This document shows, piece by piece, positions 38,356 through 51,077 of a stretch of DNA of 64,000 nt (its first letter is position 1; each line of letters opens with the position of its first letter). The notes below the pieces were generated by a model, which was not told where the DNA came from, did not search any database, and was given only the letters and a program-made list of their open reading frames with translations. The stretch covers positions 25,050,001 through 25,114,000 of the forward strand of contig CM075987.1 in the NCBI GenBank assembly GCA_038087875.1, read 5' to 3'. The DNA comes from Malacoraja senta (taxonomy: Eukaryota). A program made the position numbers and the translations under genes.

Positions 38356-38696
38356 TGTTAAAGAAGGAACTGCAGATGCTGGAAAATCGAAGGTACACAA
38401 AAATGCTGGAGAAACTCAGCGGGTGCAGCAGCATCTATGGAGCGAAGGAGATAGGCAACGTTTCGGGCCGAAACCCTTCTTCAGACTGATAGGGGGTGGG
38501 GAGAAGAAAGGAAAAAAGGAAAAAGGCGGAGGAGGAGCCCGAGGGCTGGGGGAGGGGAGGAGACAACCAGATGGCTGATGATGGGGAGGGGACAGCAAGG
38601 GCTAGCAGAATTGGGAGAATTCAATGTTCAGGCCACCAGGATGTAGACTGCCCAAGCGGAATATGAGGTGCATTTCCTCCAATTTACGGTGTTGGC
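38356..38696 (-). mobile_element. Penelope-like element 3' end (GIY-YIG C-terminus plus pLTR with hammerhead core), inserted in CR1
   Basis: 38602-38691 (-) encodes HRKLEEMHLIFRLGSLHPGGLNIEFSQFC*; intact core CTGAAGAAGGGTTTCGGCCCGAAACGTT at 38457-38484 (-); 10-bp TSD ACATGGATAG. Confidence 0.85.
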
Positions 38697-39156
38697 ACAT
38701 GGATAGGACAGGTTTGGAGGTGATATGGACCAAACGCAGGCAGGTGGGACTAGTGTAGATGGGACAGGTTGGTCAGTGTGGGCAAGTTGGGCCGAAGGGC
38801 CTGTTTCCACGATGTATGACTCCAGGACTACACAAAAAAACAAAAAACATAACTGGCAGCTGTCGACAATTCAAGCTGTAATAAATGCACACATTTTGCA
38901 AGATATCTTTTTGATGAAACATAAAATTAAATACGTTTGTTGGAAGGAGCAGCAGCACACGTCTCTTTCTGATCTACTGTGGCTGCCCTGGGAGTAGAGT
39001 TGCAATTTGTTCATCTGATATTTTATAATCCCTGGGAATAGAAAGGTCATGTCCAAGCGGCTCACACCAGCGTTATTCAAGAAAAACAGAAGCAGCGGTG
39101 TTGAGACTAATGCAACAGAACGCACAATTAAGATGCTCCGCTCCCATCATGATCGA

Positions 39157-39467
39157 AGGCACGGTGGCGCAGCGGTAGAGTTGCTGCCTTACAGCGCTTG
39201 CAGCGCCAGAGACCCGGGTTCGATCCCCACTACGGGAGCTGTCTGTACGGAGTTTGTACGTTCTCCCCGTGACCTGCGTGGGTTTTCTCCAAGATCTCTG
39301 GTTTCCTCCCACACTCCAAGGACGTACAGGTTTGTAGGTTAATTGGCTTGGTATAATTATAAATTGTCCCTAGTGTGTGTAAGATAGTGTCAGTTGCTGG
39401 TCGCTGGTCGGATCGGACTCGGTGGGTCGAAGGGCCTGTTTCCGCGCTGTATCTCTAAATTAAACTA
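39157..39467 (+). mobile_element. HE1-like V-SINE, full length
   Basis: A/B boxes, V-domain, tail. Confidence 0.9.
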
Positions 39468-39561
39468 ACATTTTGTACCAGATTATCGGCACCACACCAG
39501 GTATCAAATGTTACATTCCTCAGCGTATTATATTTCCATCCATTTTGTTTGTGCTTTTCCC

Positions 39562-39963
39562 ACAACAACGCTGCTTGAGGAGGATCCTGAAGACTAGCTA
39601 CAGAGACCACATCGCAAACGAGGAGATCTACCGGGAAACTGCAATAACGCCTCTCAGCCAGGACATAGAGGGACGCAGGATGAAATTTGCAGGACGCGTT
39701 CTCAGAATGTCACCATGAACGTGCACCTGAGATAGCATTGACATGGCAAGCTGACGGAAGAAGGAAAAGAGGCCGACCAAAACTCACATGGAGGCGAACA
39801 TTCCCAAAGGATTTGGAAGCCTGGGACCAAAGATCTATGATCTTTGCCCGGGACGCTAACCTATCGAGCGTGGAAGACATCGCACATGACCGAACAGAAT
39901 GGCGAAGGCTTGCTGCCCAATGCACTCAACAGTGTGGGTGGAACTAAGTCTAAGTAAGTAAGT
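39562..39963 (+). mobile_element. RTE-clade LINE 3' end
   Basis: QQRCLRRILK...GRRKRGRPKLTWRRT...DRTEWRRL; (AAGT)n tail. Confidence 0.8.
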
Positions 39964-39974
39964 TTCCCCCAGGG

Positions 39975-40635
39975 TAAAGAGGCATGGAATAGATCGGGTA
40001 GATGCACAGAGTCTCTGGTCCAGAGTAGGGAAATCAAGGACCAGAGGACATTGGTTTAAGGTGAAGGGGAAAAGATTTAATAGGAATCTGAGGGATAACT
40101 TTTTCACACAAAGGATGGTCGGTATATGGAACGAGCTGCCAGGGGAGGTAGTTGAGGCTGGGACTAATGCAACATTTAATAAACAGTTAAACAGGTACAT
40201 GGAAAGGACAGGTTTAGAGAGATTTGGGCCAAAAGCAGGCAAGTGGAACTCGTGTAGATGGGACATGTTGGTCAGCATGGGCAGGTTGGGCCGAATGGCC
40301 TGTTTCCGCACTGCACTATGACTTGTCTAGGGCAGGTAGGTTTGTGCCCAGAATAATTTTTTTAATTTTAGGAACCTGGTCCAGGTGTACTGGGTGGTAC
40401 TGTATTGCAACCTAAACACTACCTCCGTTCCAAATCTGCCGATTGATCTGATGGCTTGTTCTGAAGTCCAACGGGATTATAACAACGTTTGAGAAACATT
40501 TGGACAGGTACATGGATAGGACAGGTTTAGAGGGATATGGGCCAAAACACAGGCAGGTGGGACGAGTGTAGATGGGACATGTTGGTCGGTGTGGGAAAGT
40601 TGGGCCGAAGGGCCTGTTCGCACACTCTCATGACT
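39975..40635 (+). mobile_element. Two CR1 (HER1-like) 3' ends
   Basis: KGKRFNRNLRDNFFTQRMVGIWNELP; tails at about 40320 and 40630. Confidence 0.8.
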
Positions 40636-40979
40636 GGCAATGGAGTATGCTAACTCTGATTTGACTTATTCCTTGAGGTTACATCTCACGATATCCATTG
40701 CGTTTTGTAAATGTTAATAGAACATTCTGAAGGCCCTCTGAAGTCTCAACAAGCTACTGGGAAGCTATGGGGCAAATAGTCTTCTCAGGTGCAAGGAGCA
40801 GTGCAGACAGCATGAAAATGTACTGTAACCTCAGCCAACTGCACCATACACCACTCAGCCACACTGCTAAGCATGAGAAGGCATTATGGAAAGGTTAATT
40901 AAGGAAAGTTTTTTTTTAACTGAGTAGGTTTAAAAAAAAAAGGCCATCAATTTCCACATTGATGGAATTAGTGTATTTT

Positions 40980-41290
40980 TAGATTAGTTCAGAGATACAG
41001 CACGGAAACAGGCCCTTCGGCCCACCGAGTGTGCGCCGACCAGCGATCCCAGCACACTCACACTGTCCTACACACATTAGGGACAATTTACAATGTTACC
41101 AAGCCAATTAACCTACAAACCTGTACGTCTTTGGAGTGTGGGAGGAAACCGGGGATCCCGGAGAAAACCCACGCAGGTCACGGGGAGAACGTGCAAACTC
41201 CGTACAGACAGCACCCGTACCCAGGACCGATCCCAGGTCTCCGGCGTTGTAAGCGCTGCAAGGCAGCAACTCAACTGCTGCGCCACCGTG
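40980..41290 (-). mobile_element. HE1-like V-SINE, full length
   Basis: Reverse-complement consensus. Confidence 0.9.
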
Positions 41291-41823
41291 CTTGTGTTGC
41301 CTGCTACACATACACATCACCATACATAGATATCACTATCCATAAGCACTCGCACACATTTTTACTTAAATCTGCAGAAAAACATACATTTTTCCATCGA
41401 AGCCGATTGAAAAAATCTATTGATCAGTTTTCAAGGACTTCACCTCTCGCAAATTTCTATCTTCCTCGTGTATTTGCTCGTTGTACAAGTTCCATGGCAG
41501 CACCACCATTGTGTAATTTATTTAAGGTATGCATGCTTATACCCCTGGTGAATTTTCAATCAGATTGCACCTCAGTTGGTTCAGATAAGTCTTGCTGGAA
41601 ACTAACTCAGCAGTCAAATCTGCAAACCTATTCTCAAGAGTTCTCATTAAAATTGGACCAACATGCCCAAAGATGTGCTGGTGCATAAGGTTTCTATTTC
41701 TCTTGTGCTAATTAAGAACAAGAGGGAATATAACACAGAGCTGCATTATATTTGGTTATTGGAAATGTTACCTGGGGTTTGCGCACTGAGTTATTGAATT
41801 GATAATATGCTGAGGCTTTGTAA

Positions 41824-42060
41824 AGGGCCTGTCCCACTGTACGAGGTAATTCAAGAGCTCTCCCGAATTTAAAAAAAAAATCAAACTCGTGGTAAGCACG
41901 TAGAATGTACGTAGCGGATACGTCGGAGCTCGGGGACGTCTCTTCGCGGCTCGTAACGCTAACGGCAGGTACACGGGAAACGCAGTAAGAACGTGAAGAC
42001 TCGAAGATTTTTCAACATGTTGAAAAATGTCCACGAGAGCCCCTAGTACCTACGAGCGGG
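41824..42060. mobile_element. Second Harbinger-type family, one end only
   Basis: TAA followed by AGGGCCTGTCCCACT terminus, then a different CpG-rich body. Confidence 0.55.
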
Positions 42061-42121
42061 TCAGGTCATAGTTCTAACTGATACCACACTGAAAAACGAA
42101 GTGTATTACAACTTCAATTGA

Positions 42122-42338
42122 ATGTACACAAATATGCTGGAGAAACTCAGCGGGTGCAGCAGCATCTATGGAGCGAAGGAAATAGGCAACGTTTCGGGCC
42201 GAAACCCTTCGTCTGAAGAAGGGTTTCGGCCCGAAACGTTGCCTATTTCCTTCGCTCCATAGATGCTGCTGCACCCGCTGAGTTTCTCCAGCATTTTTGT
42301 GTACCTTCGATTTTCCAGCATCTGCAGTTCCTTCTTAA
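42122..42338. mobile_element. Young Penelope-derived fold-back element with intact hammerhead core (42213-42240)
   Basis: About 87-nt arms (42124-42210, 42218-42304) with 1 mismatch; 14-bp TSD ACAACTTCAATTGA at 42108-42121 and 42339-42352. Confidence 0.88.
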
Positions 42339-42352
42339 ACAACTTCAATTGA

Positions 42353-43050
42353 GTTTAGTTCAGAGATACAGCGCTGAAACAGGCCCTTCGGCCCACCGAG
42401 TCCGCACTGACCTGCAACCCCCACACAATAACACTATCCTACACACACTAGGGACAATTTACAATTATATCAAGCCAATTAACCAACAAACCTGTACGTC
42501 TTTGGAGTGTGGGAGGAAACCGGACATCCCGGAGAAATCCCACGCGGGTCACGGGGAGAACGAACAAACTCCGTACCGACAGCACCCGTAGTCAGGCTCG
42601 AACCCGGGTCTCTGCCGCTGTAAGGAGGCAACTCTACCGCTGCGCCACCGTGCACTCCTGTGAAAATAATGTGAACATCAACTGCTCACGTCCCATAACC
42701 AGGCAATCACACCCACACTACTGCCGGAATCATTAGTAGATTGCAGCTAAATGCACAGGGCGGCACGGTAGCGCAGCGGTAGAGTTGCTGCCTTACAGCG
42801 CCAGAGACCCGGGTGCGATCCTGGCCATGGGTGCTGTCTGTACGGAGTTTGTACGTTCTCCCCGTGACCGCGTGGGTTTTGTCCGGTTTCCTCCCACATT
42901 CCAAGACGTACATGTTTGTAGGTTAATTAGCTTTGGTAAAGATTGTATATTATCCCCAGAGTGCGTAGGATAGCGCGAGTGAACGGGGATCGCTGATCGG
43001 CGCGGACACGGTGGGCCGAAGGGCCTGTTTCCACGCTGCATCTCAAAACT
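42353..43050. mobile_element. Divergent pair of HE1-like SINEs (42353-42652 -, 42757-43050 +)
   Basis: Two full-length copies head-to-head, about 105 bp apart. Confidence 0.88.
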
Positions 43051-43574
43051 GGGGTCAAGGAAAGAGCGTTCCAGTCGCGGCCCTGTTTCCACCAATCTTT
43101 CCACCACCACTCACAAGAAGCGACGAGACAAGCACCATTGTACGCAGATGCCGAGAAGTGTGTTCAGCTCTGGCTGAACAACTTCTAATCTTGTGTGTGG
43201 ACTCGATAAGAAGAAGATCTCAAAACTAAACTAAATTAAACTAGAATCTCTGTGAGTGTGTTAGAAGGAACTGCAGATGCTGGTTTACACCGAAGATAGA
43301 CACAAAATGCTGGAATAACTCAAAGGGGCAGGCAGCATCTCTGGAGAAAAGGAATAGGCAAAATCCCAACTCTGCACCAGAAGGAAAAGACACAGGAAGA
43401 AATCGTATTATTGTGCAAGTAATTTAATGGCGAACAAAGTCCTCTCATACCATCAAATATTGATGAAACATGCTGGAAGCTGCCAGCCTATGGTCCAAAT
43501 AATTCTGCTCAAATCCTATTATCCTCCAGGGGTCTGAAAAACTGGCCAAATACTTGGCATGAAACTAAAATTCA

Positions 43575-43820
43575 TTTCACACAGAGAGTGGTGAATCTCT
43601 GGAACTCTCTGCCACAGAGGGTAGTTGACGCCAGTTCATTGGCTATATTTAAGAGGGAGTTAGGTGTGGCCCTTGTGGCTAAAGGGATCAGGGGGTATGG
43701 AGAGCAGGCAGGTACGGGATACTGAGTTGGATGATCAGCCATGATCATATTGAATGGCGGTGCAGGCTCGAAGGGCCGAATGGCCTACTCCTGCACCTAT
43801 TTTCTATGTATCTATGTATG
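43575..43820 (+). mobile_element. Young CR1 subfamily 3' end
   Basis: Near-identical to 23590-23838. Confidence 0.88.
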
Positions 43821-44023
43821 TATTAGTCTTGGTGGGCACAAGGCTGACTAAGTAGGTACTATCTACTCCGCAAGATGAAAATGAAATCCAAAATGCCTGC
43901 CCGATTGGAAGATTACCCTTTAAACGTCTGCTTGTACTCGTGTGATTGCAGCAGCATTGAAGCCACATTCTTAATTTACTGAAATGCCGGACAAAATTCA
44001 AGGACACTTGTCACACCATTGCT

Positions 44024-44240
44024 TAGTTTTAGTTTGGAGAAACAGGCTCTTCGGCCCATTGAGTCCGCGCTGACCATTGATCACGAGCACTGTCCTACAA
44101 TTTACAGTTGGACCTACCAACCTGTACGTCTTTGGAGTGTGGGAGGAGACCAGAGCACCCGGGGAAAACCCACGCAGGTCCCAGGGAGAACGGACAAACT
44201 CCGTGCAGACAGAATCGAACCCGATGTGAGGCAGCAAGTC
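44024..44240 (-). mobile_element. HE1-like V-SINE, partial
   Basis: Tail and V-domain. Confidence 0.75.
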
Positions 44241-44871
44241 TAATAGTGCTCAGTGTACAGCTGTATCCCATTCCCGTTAGCACAGTGGAAAACAAGAGTT
44301 CCACAAGGGCAGTATTAAATTTGTCCACTGCCAAAAGGCCTCTTTGTTACAAGTCATCGAAGTGACCTTTAAAATAGCTCACAACCTAATTGATGAGAAA
44401 CTCAAAGCAAGGCCAATTTCAAGGCACAAACACTTGGCAGTAAAGATTCAACCCGACACGGTGGGATTATTGAAGGAAAATGCCCACCTCAGTTTCAAAG
44501 CAGAAAATACTGCAAAACACTAAGAGGGTCAGGCACCATGGGCGAGTGAGAGACAAAGTTTACATTTCAGATCAATGAGCTCTCAGTAGAATGGATCCAT
44601 TTTCAGTACTGTGTTGATCCAGTATTTTGTTTCTCTTTCAGACATTCTGTAATTGCAGCTGTTCTACTTTTCATGTGCGGCATTAGGTTCATCAATATCT
44701 TCTCACCGCTTACCGGCTGCTACTCGGTTGAGGGAAGGTTGCGAGCCTGGACTAAGGATGGGGGATTTCTTCCCCTGAAGTGCACCAGTGAACCCATTGA
44801 GTTTTCACAACAATCCAGCTGTTTTGTGGTCATGCTTACTCAAGAGTCCATGTTGATTTTAAAGCTGGGTT

Positions 44872-45487
44872 GTTTAGTTTAGAGACAGATACAGTGCGGA
44901 AACATGCCCTTTGGTCCACCGAGTCCACGCCGACCAGCGATCACCCCCCTCATTAACACTATCCTACACACAATAGGGACAATTTACACATACACCAAGC
45001 CAATTAAACCTACATACCTGCACGTCTTTTGAGTGCGGGAGGAAACCAAAAGATCTCGGAGAAATCCCACGCAATGTCACGGGGAGAACGTACAAAATCT
45101 GTACAAACAGCACCTGTAGTCAGGATTGAACCCGGGTCTCTGGCGCTGCAAGGCAGCAACTCTACCGCTGCGCCACCCTGCCACCCTAGTTTAGCGATAC
45201 AGCACAGAACCAGGTCCTTCGGCCCACCGAGTCCGTGCCGACCTGCGATCCCCGTACACTAGCACTATCCTACACACATTTACAATTTGCCTATTTACTA
45301 TTTACAATTTTACCCAAATCAATTTGCCTACAAAGCTGTACGTCTTTGGAATGTGGGAGGAAACCGGAGCGCCAGGTGAAATCCCACGCAGGTCACGGGG
45401 AGAATGTACAAACTCCATACAGACAGCACCCGTACTCAGGATCGAACCTGGGCCTCTGGTGCTGTAAGGCAGCAACTCTACCGCTGC
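44872..45487 (-). mobile_element. Two tandem HE1-like V-SINEs
   Basis: 44872-45187 and 45188-45487. Confidence 0.85.
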
Positions 45488-46028
45488 ATAGATACATAGA
45501 TACATAGAAACATAGAAAATAGGTGCAGGAGTAGGCCATTCGGCCCTTCGAGCCTGCACCGCCATTCAATATGATCATGGCTGATCATCCAACTCAGTAT
45601 CCCGTACCTGCCTTCTCTCCATACCCCCTGATCCCTTTAGCCACAAGGGCCACATCTAACTCCCTCTTAAATATAGCCAATGAACTGGCCTCAACTACCC
45701 TCTGTGGCAGAGAGTTCCAGAGATTCACCACTCTCTGGGTGAAAAAGTTTTTCCTCATCTCGGTCTTAAAGGATTTCCCCCTTATCCTTAAGCTGTGACC
45801 CCTTGTCCTGGACTTCCCCAACATCGGGAACAATCTTCCTGCATCTAGCCTGTCCAACCCCATAAGAATTTTGTACGTTTCTATAAGATCCCCTCTCAAT
45901 CTCCTAAATTCTAGCGAGTACAAGCCGAGTCTATCCAGTCTTTCTTCATATGAAAGTCCTGACATCCCAGGAATCAGTCTGGTGAACCTTCTCTGCACTC
46001 CCTCTATGGCTATAATGTCCTTCCTCAG
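45487..46028 (-). mobile_element. Young CR1 3' end with open RT C-terminus
   Basis: ORF 45594-46037 LRKDIIAIEGVQRRFTRLIPGM...GTGY*. Confidence 0.92.
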
Positions 46029-46254
46029 CTGCACCACTGTGTCGCCCCAATCTATACCTACAATAACTTATGGGATGTTATAGTTATATTTAACTTATTT
46101 CCAATTCCACATCATAGTGGGTTTTGAACTCAAGTGTCTGTAGAGTCCAGGCCTCTGGATCACTCGCTGGATAATTTGGCCACTGTGGTGCCTCATTAAG
46201 CTAAATATGGGATGGTACATATTTGTAGAAGATTTAAAAATAGATAGAAGATGG

Positions 46255-46580
46255 AGACAAAAAGCATGAATAACTCAGCGGGTCAGGCAGCATCTCTGGA
46301 GACAAGGAGCAGGTGACGTTTCTGGTCGAGACCCTTCTTCAGACTGAGAGTCGGGGGAAAGGGAAACAAGAGATATCGACGGTGATGTAGAGAGATATAG
46401 AACAAATGAATGAAAGATTTGCAAAAAAAAGTGACGATGATGAGGGAAATAGGCCATTGTCTGCTGTGGGCTAGGTGAAAACAAGTTACAGACAATGAGA
46501 CTCACCTGGACAACAACTAGGGTGGGGGTCAGGGGAGAGGGAAACTAGAGGTATGAAAGGGTTAAAACAAATCAGAGCCG
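46255..46580 (-). mobile_element. Penelope pLTR fragment(s)
   Basis: Core at 46315-46342 (-); homologous to 16480-16588 plus 19096-19240. Confidence 0.7.
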
Positions 46581-46631
46581 GCATGTGGAAGAGGTGACCA
46601 AATTAAAATTTGATCTGCCTAGCATAAAGTT

Positions 46632-46928
46632 AGGTGGCACGACGGCGCAGCGGTAGAGTTGCTAGCTTACAGTGCCAGAGACCCGGGTTTGATCCTGACC
46701 TCTGGTGCTGTCCGTACGGAGTTTGTACGTTCTTCCCGTGACCACGTGGGTTTTCTCCGGGTGCTCCAGTTTCCTCCCACACTCCAAAGACGTGCAGGTT
46801 TGTAGGTTAATTGGCTTTAGTAAAATTGTCAATTGTCCTGGGGTGTGTAGGACGGCGTTCGTGTGCGGGGATCGCTGATCGGCGTCGACTCGCGTGTTTC
46901 CGCACTGTATCTCAAAACTAAACTAAAT
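46632..46928 (+). mobile_element. HE1-like V-SINE, full length
   Basis: Consensus head, V-domain, tail. Confidence 0.88.
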
Positions 46929-47906
46929 AATCTGCGATGTGTAACTTGTACAGGACCTTCCTTCATTAAAATATTATGCATGACAGGAATAATTTTTAGT
47001 TTTTAAAACAGTGCGAATCATTTCTGCTCTTCTGCCCCATGCAATGCAAGAGAAAAAAACACAATTAGTTCTCCACGTTCTCTAATTTATTGTGAATGCA
47101 AAAATTTCACTAGTCATGCCCTCCTGAATATATCGGCTGTAAGAACTGACATTGCCACCTGGATGTTCATTAACAACCTGGAATAGACAACGGAGAGCAA
47201 ACTCTATATTTATTGACCTGATGTGTCTGTGAAATGACAGCAATTGTTACTGGTACCTTTGCTCATCAACTCTGCTAAAATTAGAAGCATTTCCAATTAT
47301 AGCAGCACAAGGTACAACTGGTTCAGTCATCTCTTCTTCAGTGCCTTCTCCACAGCTGTGGGGGCTCAGCTCTTCCTCCCACATTAGCTGCTGTGCAGCT
47401 GTAATTCTTCACAATCAATGAGGCCAACAATGTGGCCCAGTGTCCAGAACCAGGGAGTCACAGTTTAAGAATAAGGGGTAGGCCGTTTGGGACTGAGATG
47501 AGGAAAAAACTTTTTCAGTTGTGAATCTGTGAATTCTCTGCACTGAAGGCAGTGGAGGCCAATTCGCTGGATATTTTCAAGAAAGAGTTAGATTTCGCTC
47601 TCAGGGGTAACGGAATCAAGGATATGGGGAGAAAGCAGGAACGGGGGCACTGATTTGGATGATCAGCCATGATCATATTGAATGGCGGGGTGCTGGCCTC
47701 GAAGGGTGCCACTCCTCCAGTGAGGGAGGAAACCAGAGTTCCCGGAGGAAACCCACGCAGGTTACAGGGAGAACGTACAAGACAAGTACAAGACAAGTAC
47801 CCATGGTCGGATCTGAACCTGTGTCTTTGGCACTGTAAGGCAGCAACTCTACCACTGCACCACAGTGCCTCTTGTGGAAAAAAATGACAATGAGATGCCA
47901 ATGTTG

Positions 47907-48617
47907 CAAAAACACCAACAATTAGACTTTAGGAGAGCTCCACCTCCCCCTACCATCGACAACACCACAGTCACATCTGTGGAGTCTTTTACGTTCCTGG
48001 AGACCATCATCTCCAAGGACCTTAAGTGGGGGGCTACCATCGACTCCACTGTCAAAAGGCACAACAGAGGATGTACTTCATGCGGCAGCTGAGGAAGCAC
48101 AATCTGCCACAGGCAATGATGGGCCATCGTAGAGTTGGTCCTCACCTTCTCCATCATGGTCTGGTTTGGCTCAGCCACCAAGCACGATACCTGGAGGCTG
48201 CAGCGCATCGTTCGATCAGCTGAGAAGGTTATTGGCTGCAACCTTCCCTCCATTGATGAACGGTACACTGCAAGGGCCAGGAAGCGAGTGGGTAAGATCA
48301 TCTCTGACCCCTCTCACCCTGGCCATAAACTCTTTGAATCACTCCCCTCTGGAAGGCGACTCCGGACTGTCAAAGCTGCCACGGCCCAGACATAAAAACA
48401 GTTTTTATCCACGAGTAGTTGCTCTACTCAACAGCCAAAAATCTGTAGCCTCCTTTTGCTCTGATATTTTATTTAATTCACATGTTATATTATTAATGTT
48501 TAATGTTTATGTATCATTCTTAACTGTCACTGTATGTCATGTTGTCACTTGTGGGCGGAGCACCAAGGCAAATTCTTGTATGTGAATACTTGGCCAATAA
48601 ACTTATTCATTCATTCA
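47907..48617 (+). mobile_element. Rex1/Babar-type LINE 3' fragment
   Basis: DFRRAPPPPTIDNTTVTSVESFTFL...LPSGRRLRTVK. Confidence 0.85.
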
Positions 48618-48739
48618 TTATTGCTGATCTTTGTCTTTGAGTTGGCAGCAGCAAGACAGTGATGTTATGAAATATTCTTTTAAATAATAAAGGCTGCAGG
48701 TTTGTGAGACGCTGTTGAACAGGTTTCTCCAAGCAGTGC

Positions 48740-49033
48740 ATGGTAGAGCTGCTGCCTCACAGCGCCAGAGACCCGGGTTAAATCTTGATCTTGGGCGCTG
48801 TCTGTGCGGAGTTTGCACGTTTTCACTATGACTGAGAGGTTTCCGCTGGGTGCTCTGGTTTCATCCCAAGGACCTGCGTGTTCGAAGCTTAATCGGTTTC
48901 TCTAAATTTCCCCTTGTGTGTAAGGAGTGGACGTAAAAGCGGAACAACATAGAACTAGTGTGATCGATGGTCGGCGTGGACTCAGTGGGCCAGAAGGGCC
49001 TGTTTCCATTCTGTATCTCTAAACTAAACTAAA
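48740..49033 (+). mobile_element. Older HE1-like SINE variant
   Basis: Diverged V-domain, conserved tail. Confidence 0.7.
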
Positions 49034-49582
49034 GTGATAGGGTAGGTTTCATAGAGACTTCCGTGGAGCATTAGAGATGGAATGGCTGAGTGTCTCCAAA
49101 AAAAAATACAAAGGCCTGATGCTTAATTTGTATCCTTTTCATTTCATCAGCAATCATAATGGATGCTGACATAATTTGGGCCACAGTTTCTGCCCATTAC
49201 CTGAAATATATATGATTTCAATAGTGTGTAATTCATAACCATGTTTTCGTGAAAATTACAATCCTTAATATTCCCTCAAAAATAACATCAAAGATGCATC
49301 GGAGAGTGGAAACCTTGGTTACGTAGCAGCAACCGAACGAGTGATATTGCCAAATTGTTGTTTAATAGAGAGGCAGACACTCAATTAGTAGTGGCTGAGG
49401 TGATGCAACTTGTGTCTTTAGTTCAGCAAGTGTTGATGTTTCATGTGTGTTCGGGCAAGCGTTGTGGTTTTAGCAAGTGACATCTAAAAATGTGTCTATC
49501 AGGGGATAGGTCACATTATCGACTACACACCAGCTATGAACCTGCAAAATAAAAAATACTGGATAAAGCAATGGTCCAGTAT

Positions 49583-49866
49583 AGGGCGGCACGGTGGCGC
49601 AGTGGTAGAGTTGCTGCCTTACAACGCCAGAGGCCCGGGTTCGATCCTGGTTACGAGTTTGTATGTTCTCTCTGTGACCACGTGGGTTTCCCCCTGGTGC
49701 TCTGGTTTCCTCCCACATTCCACAGATGTGCAGGGTTGAAGGTTAACTGCCGTATGTAAATAGTCCCTAGTGTGTAGGATAGAACTAGTGTACAGGTAAC
49801 TGTGGTCAGCGAGGCTCTGGTGGGCCGAAGGGCCTGTTTCCACGCTGTATCTCCAAACTATCTAAA
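49583..49866 (+). mobile_element. HE1-like V-SINE
   Basis: Consensus head and tail. Confidence 0.85.
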
Positions 49867-50094
49867 TTGTAACATCGATGTTACAAACCTAATAAGTTAT
49901 CCGCATCAATGAATTTAGCATGTGCGCTCAATACTTTGAAAAAGTATTGCCTCCCACAATGAGAATGATGGTTCAATGGTCCTTTATTGTCACATATGCC
50001 GAGGTCCAGTGAAATTTGATTTACCATAGTCATACCAAAAAAGCAACAAGATACAAAACTACATAAAGATTAAACATAAACAGCCACCACAGCG

Positions 50095-50385
50095 GCGTGC
50101 GAGAATCCCCAGGGCACTCAGCATAAGTGGAGACCCACAGCCATCAGTTCAATGTCCGGGGCACACAAACACACACGTTCCTTCACCGTGATGTGACCAG
50201 AGTTGTACCGATCGCTGTCACTCTCTCTGCAGTCCCTGTCCGCCCGAACAGTCAGAAAGCCGTCCGCACTCGCATCAGACTCCGGGATGTCGTCACGGAG
50301 CGATGTCCCTGCAAACACCGAGAGCACTGCACTCACGGCACTCCCTCCGCAGGCAGCAGCGTCCATCTTGTTTTTCGGCGACCTC
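50095..50385 (-). pseudogene. Decayed Rex1-type AP-endonuclease N-terminal fragment
   Basis: RSPKNKMD...LRDDIPESDASADGFLTVRADRD...GHITVKERVC..PDIELMAVGL. Confidence 0.6.
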
Positions 50386-50761
50386 ACATTTCCCCACTGT
50401 GATGGAAGGCAAAAAACGTATTTCTTCTTTCCTCCTTGATGTGAAGAGTTTTAAATCAGGTCTTAAAACCACAGGCTCTGATGGGTTACATTGGACCCAG
50501 CAGGTTTGGCCTCTGGAATTTTCTCCAATTTTGATCCCAATCCTGCATCGCTCCTCTACAATTCTACATGATCGCTGTTTTCTCGTTTTACTCTGCGGAG
50601 GTGTAATTTCAATCCTGGTGCCCATGGCTCTCCAGCCAAGCATTAGACACAAACAATCAGATTACCAACACTTGTAGGTTATTCCAATCACGAAAACTAA
50701 TCTGCCCTTTGTCACAAAAGCTGCTGAAGCTGCTTCAAGGAAAAGACGACTTGGAAGCTTT

Positions 50762-51077
50762 GTTTAGTTTAGAGATACAACGCGGAAACAGGCCCTTCGC
50801 CCCACCGAGTCCACGCCGACCAGCGATCCCCGCACATTAACACTACCCCACACACACTAGGGACAATTTACACTTATACCAAGCCTATTTACCTACAAAC
50901 CTGTACGTCTTTGGAGTGTGGGAGAAAACCGAAGATCTCGGTCGAACCCCACCGGATCAGGGCGGGAGAACGTACAAACTCCGCACAGACAGCACCCGTA
51001 GTCGGGATCGAACCCAGGTCTCCGATGCTGCAAGTGCGGTAAGGCAGAAACACTACCGTGTGCCACCGTGCCGCCCT
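50762..51077 (-). mobile_element. HE1-like V-SINE, full length
   Basis: Reverse-complement consensus. Confidence 0.88.

Noticed and set aside
41029..41688. 219-aa ORF
   Set aside because: First half is antisense SINE; the rest has no recognisable domain or start context.
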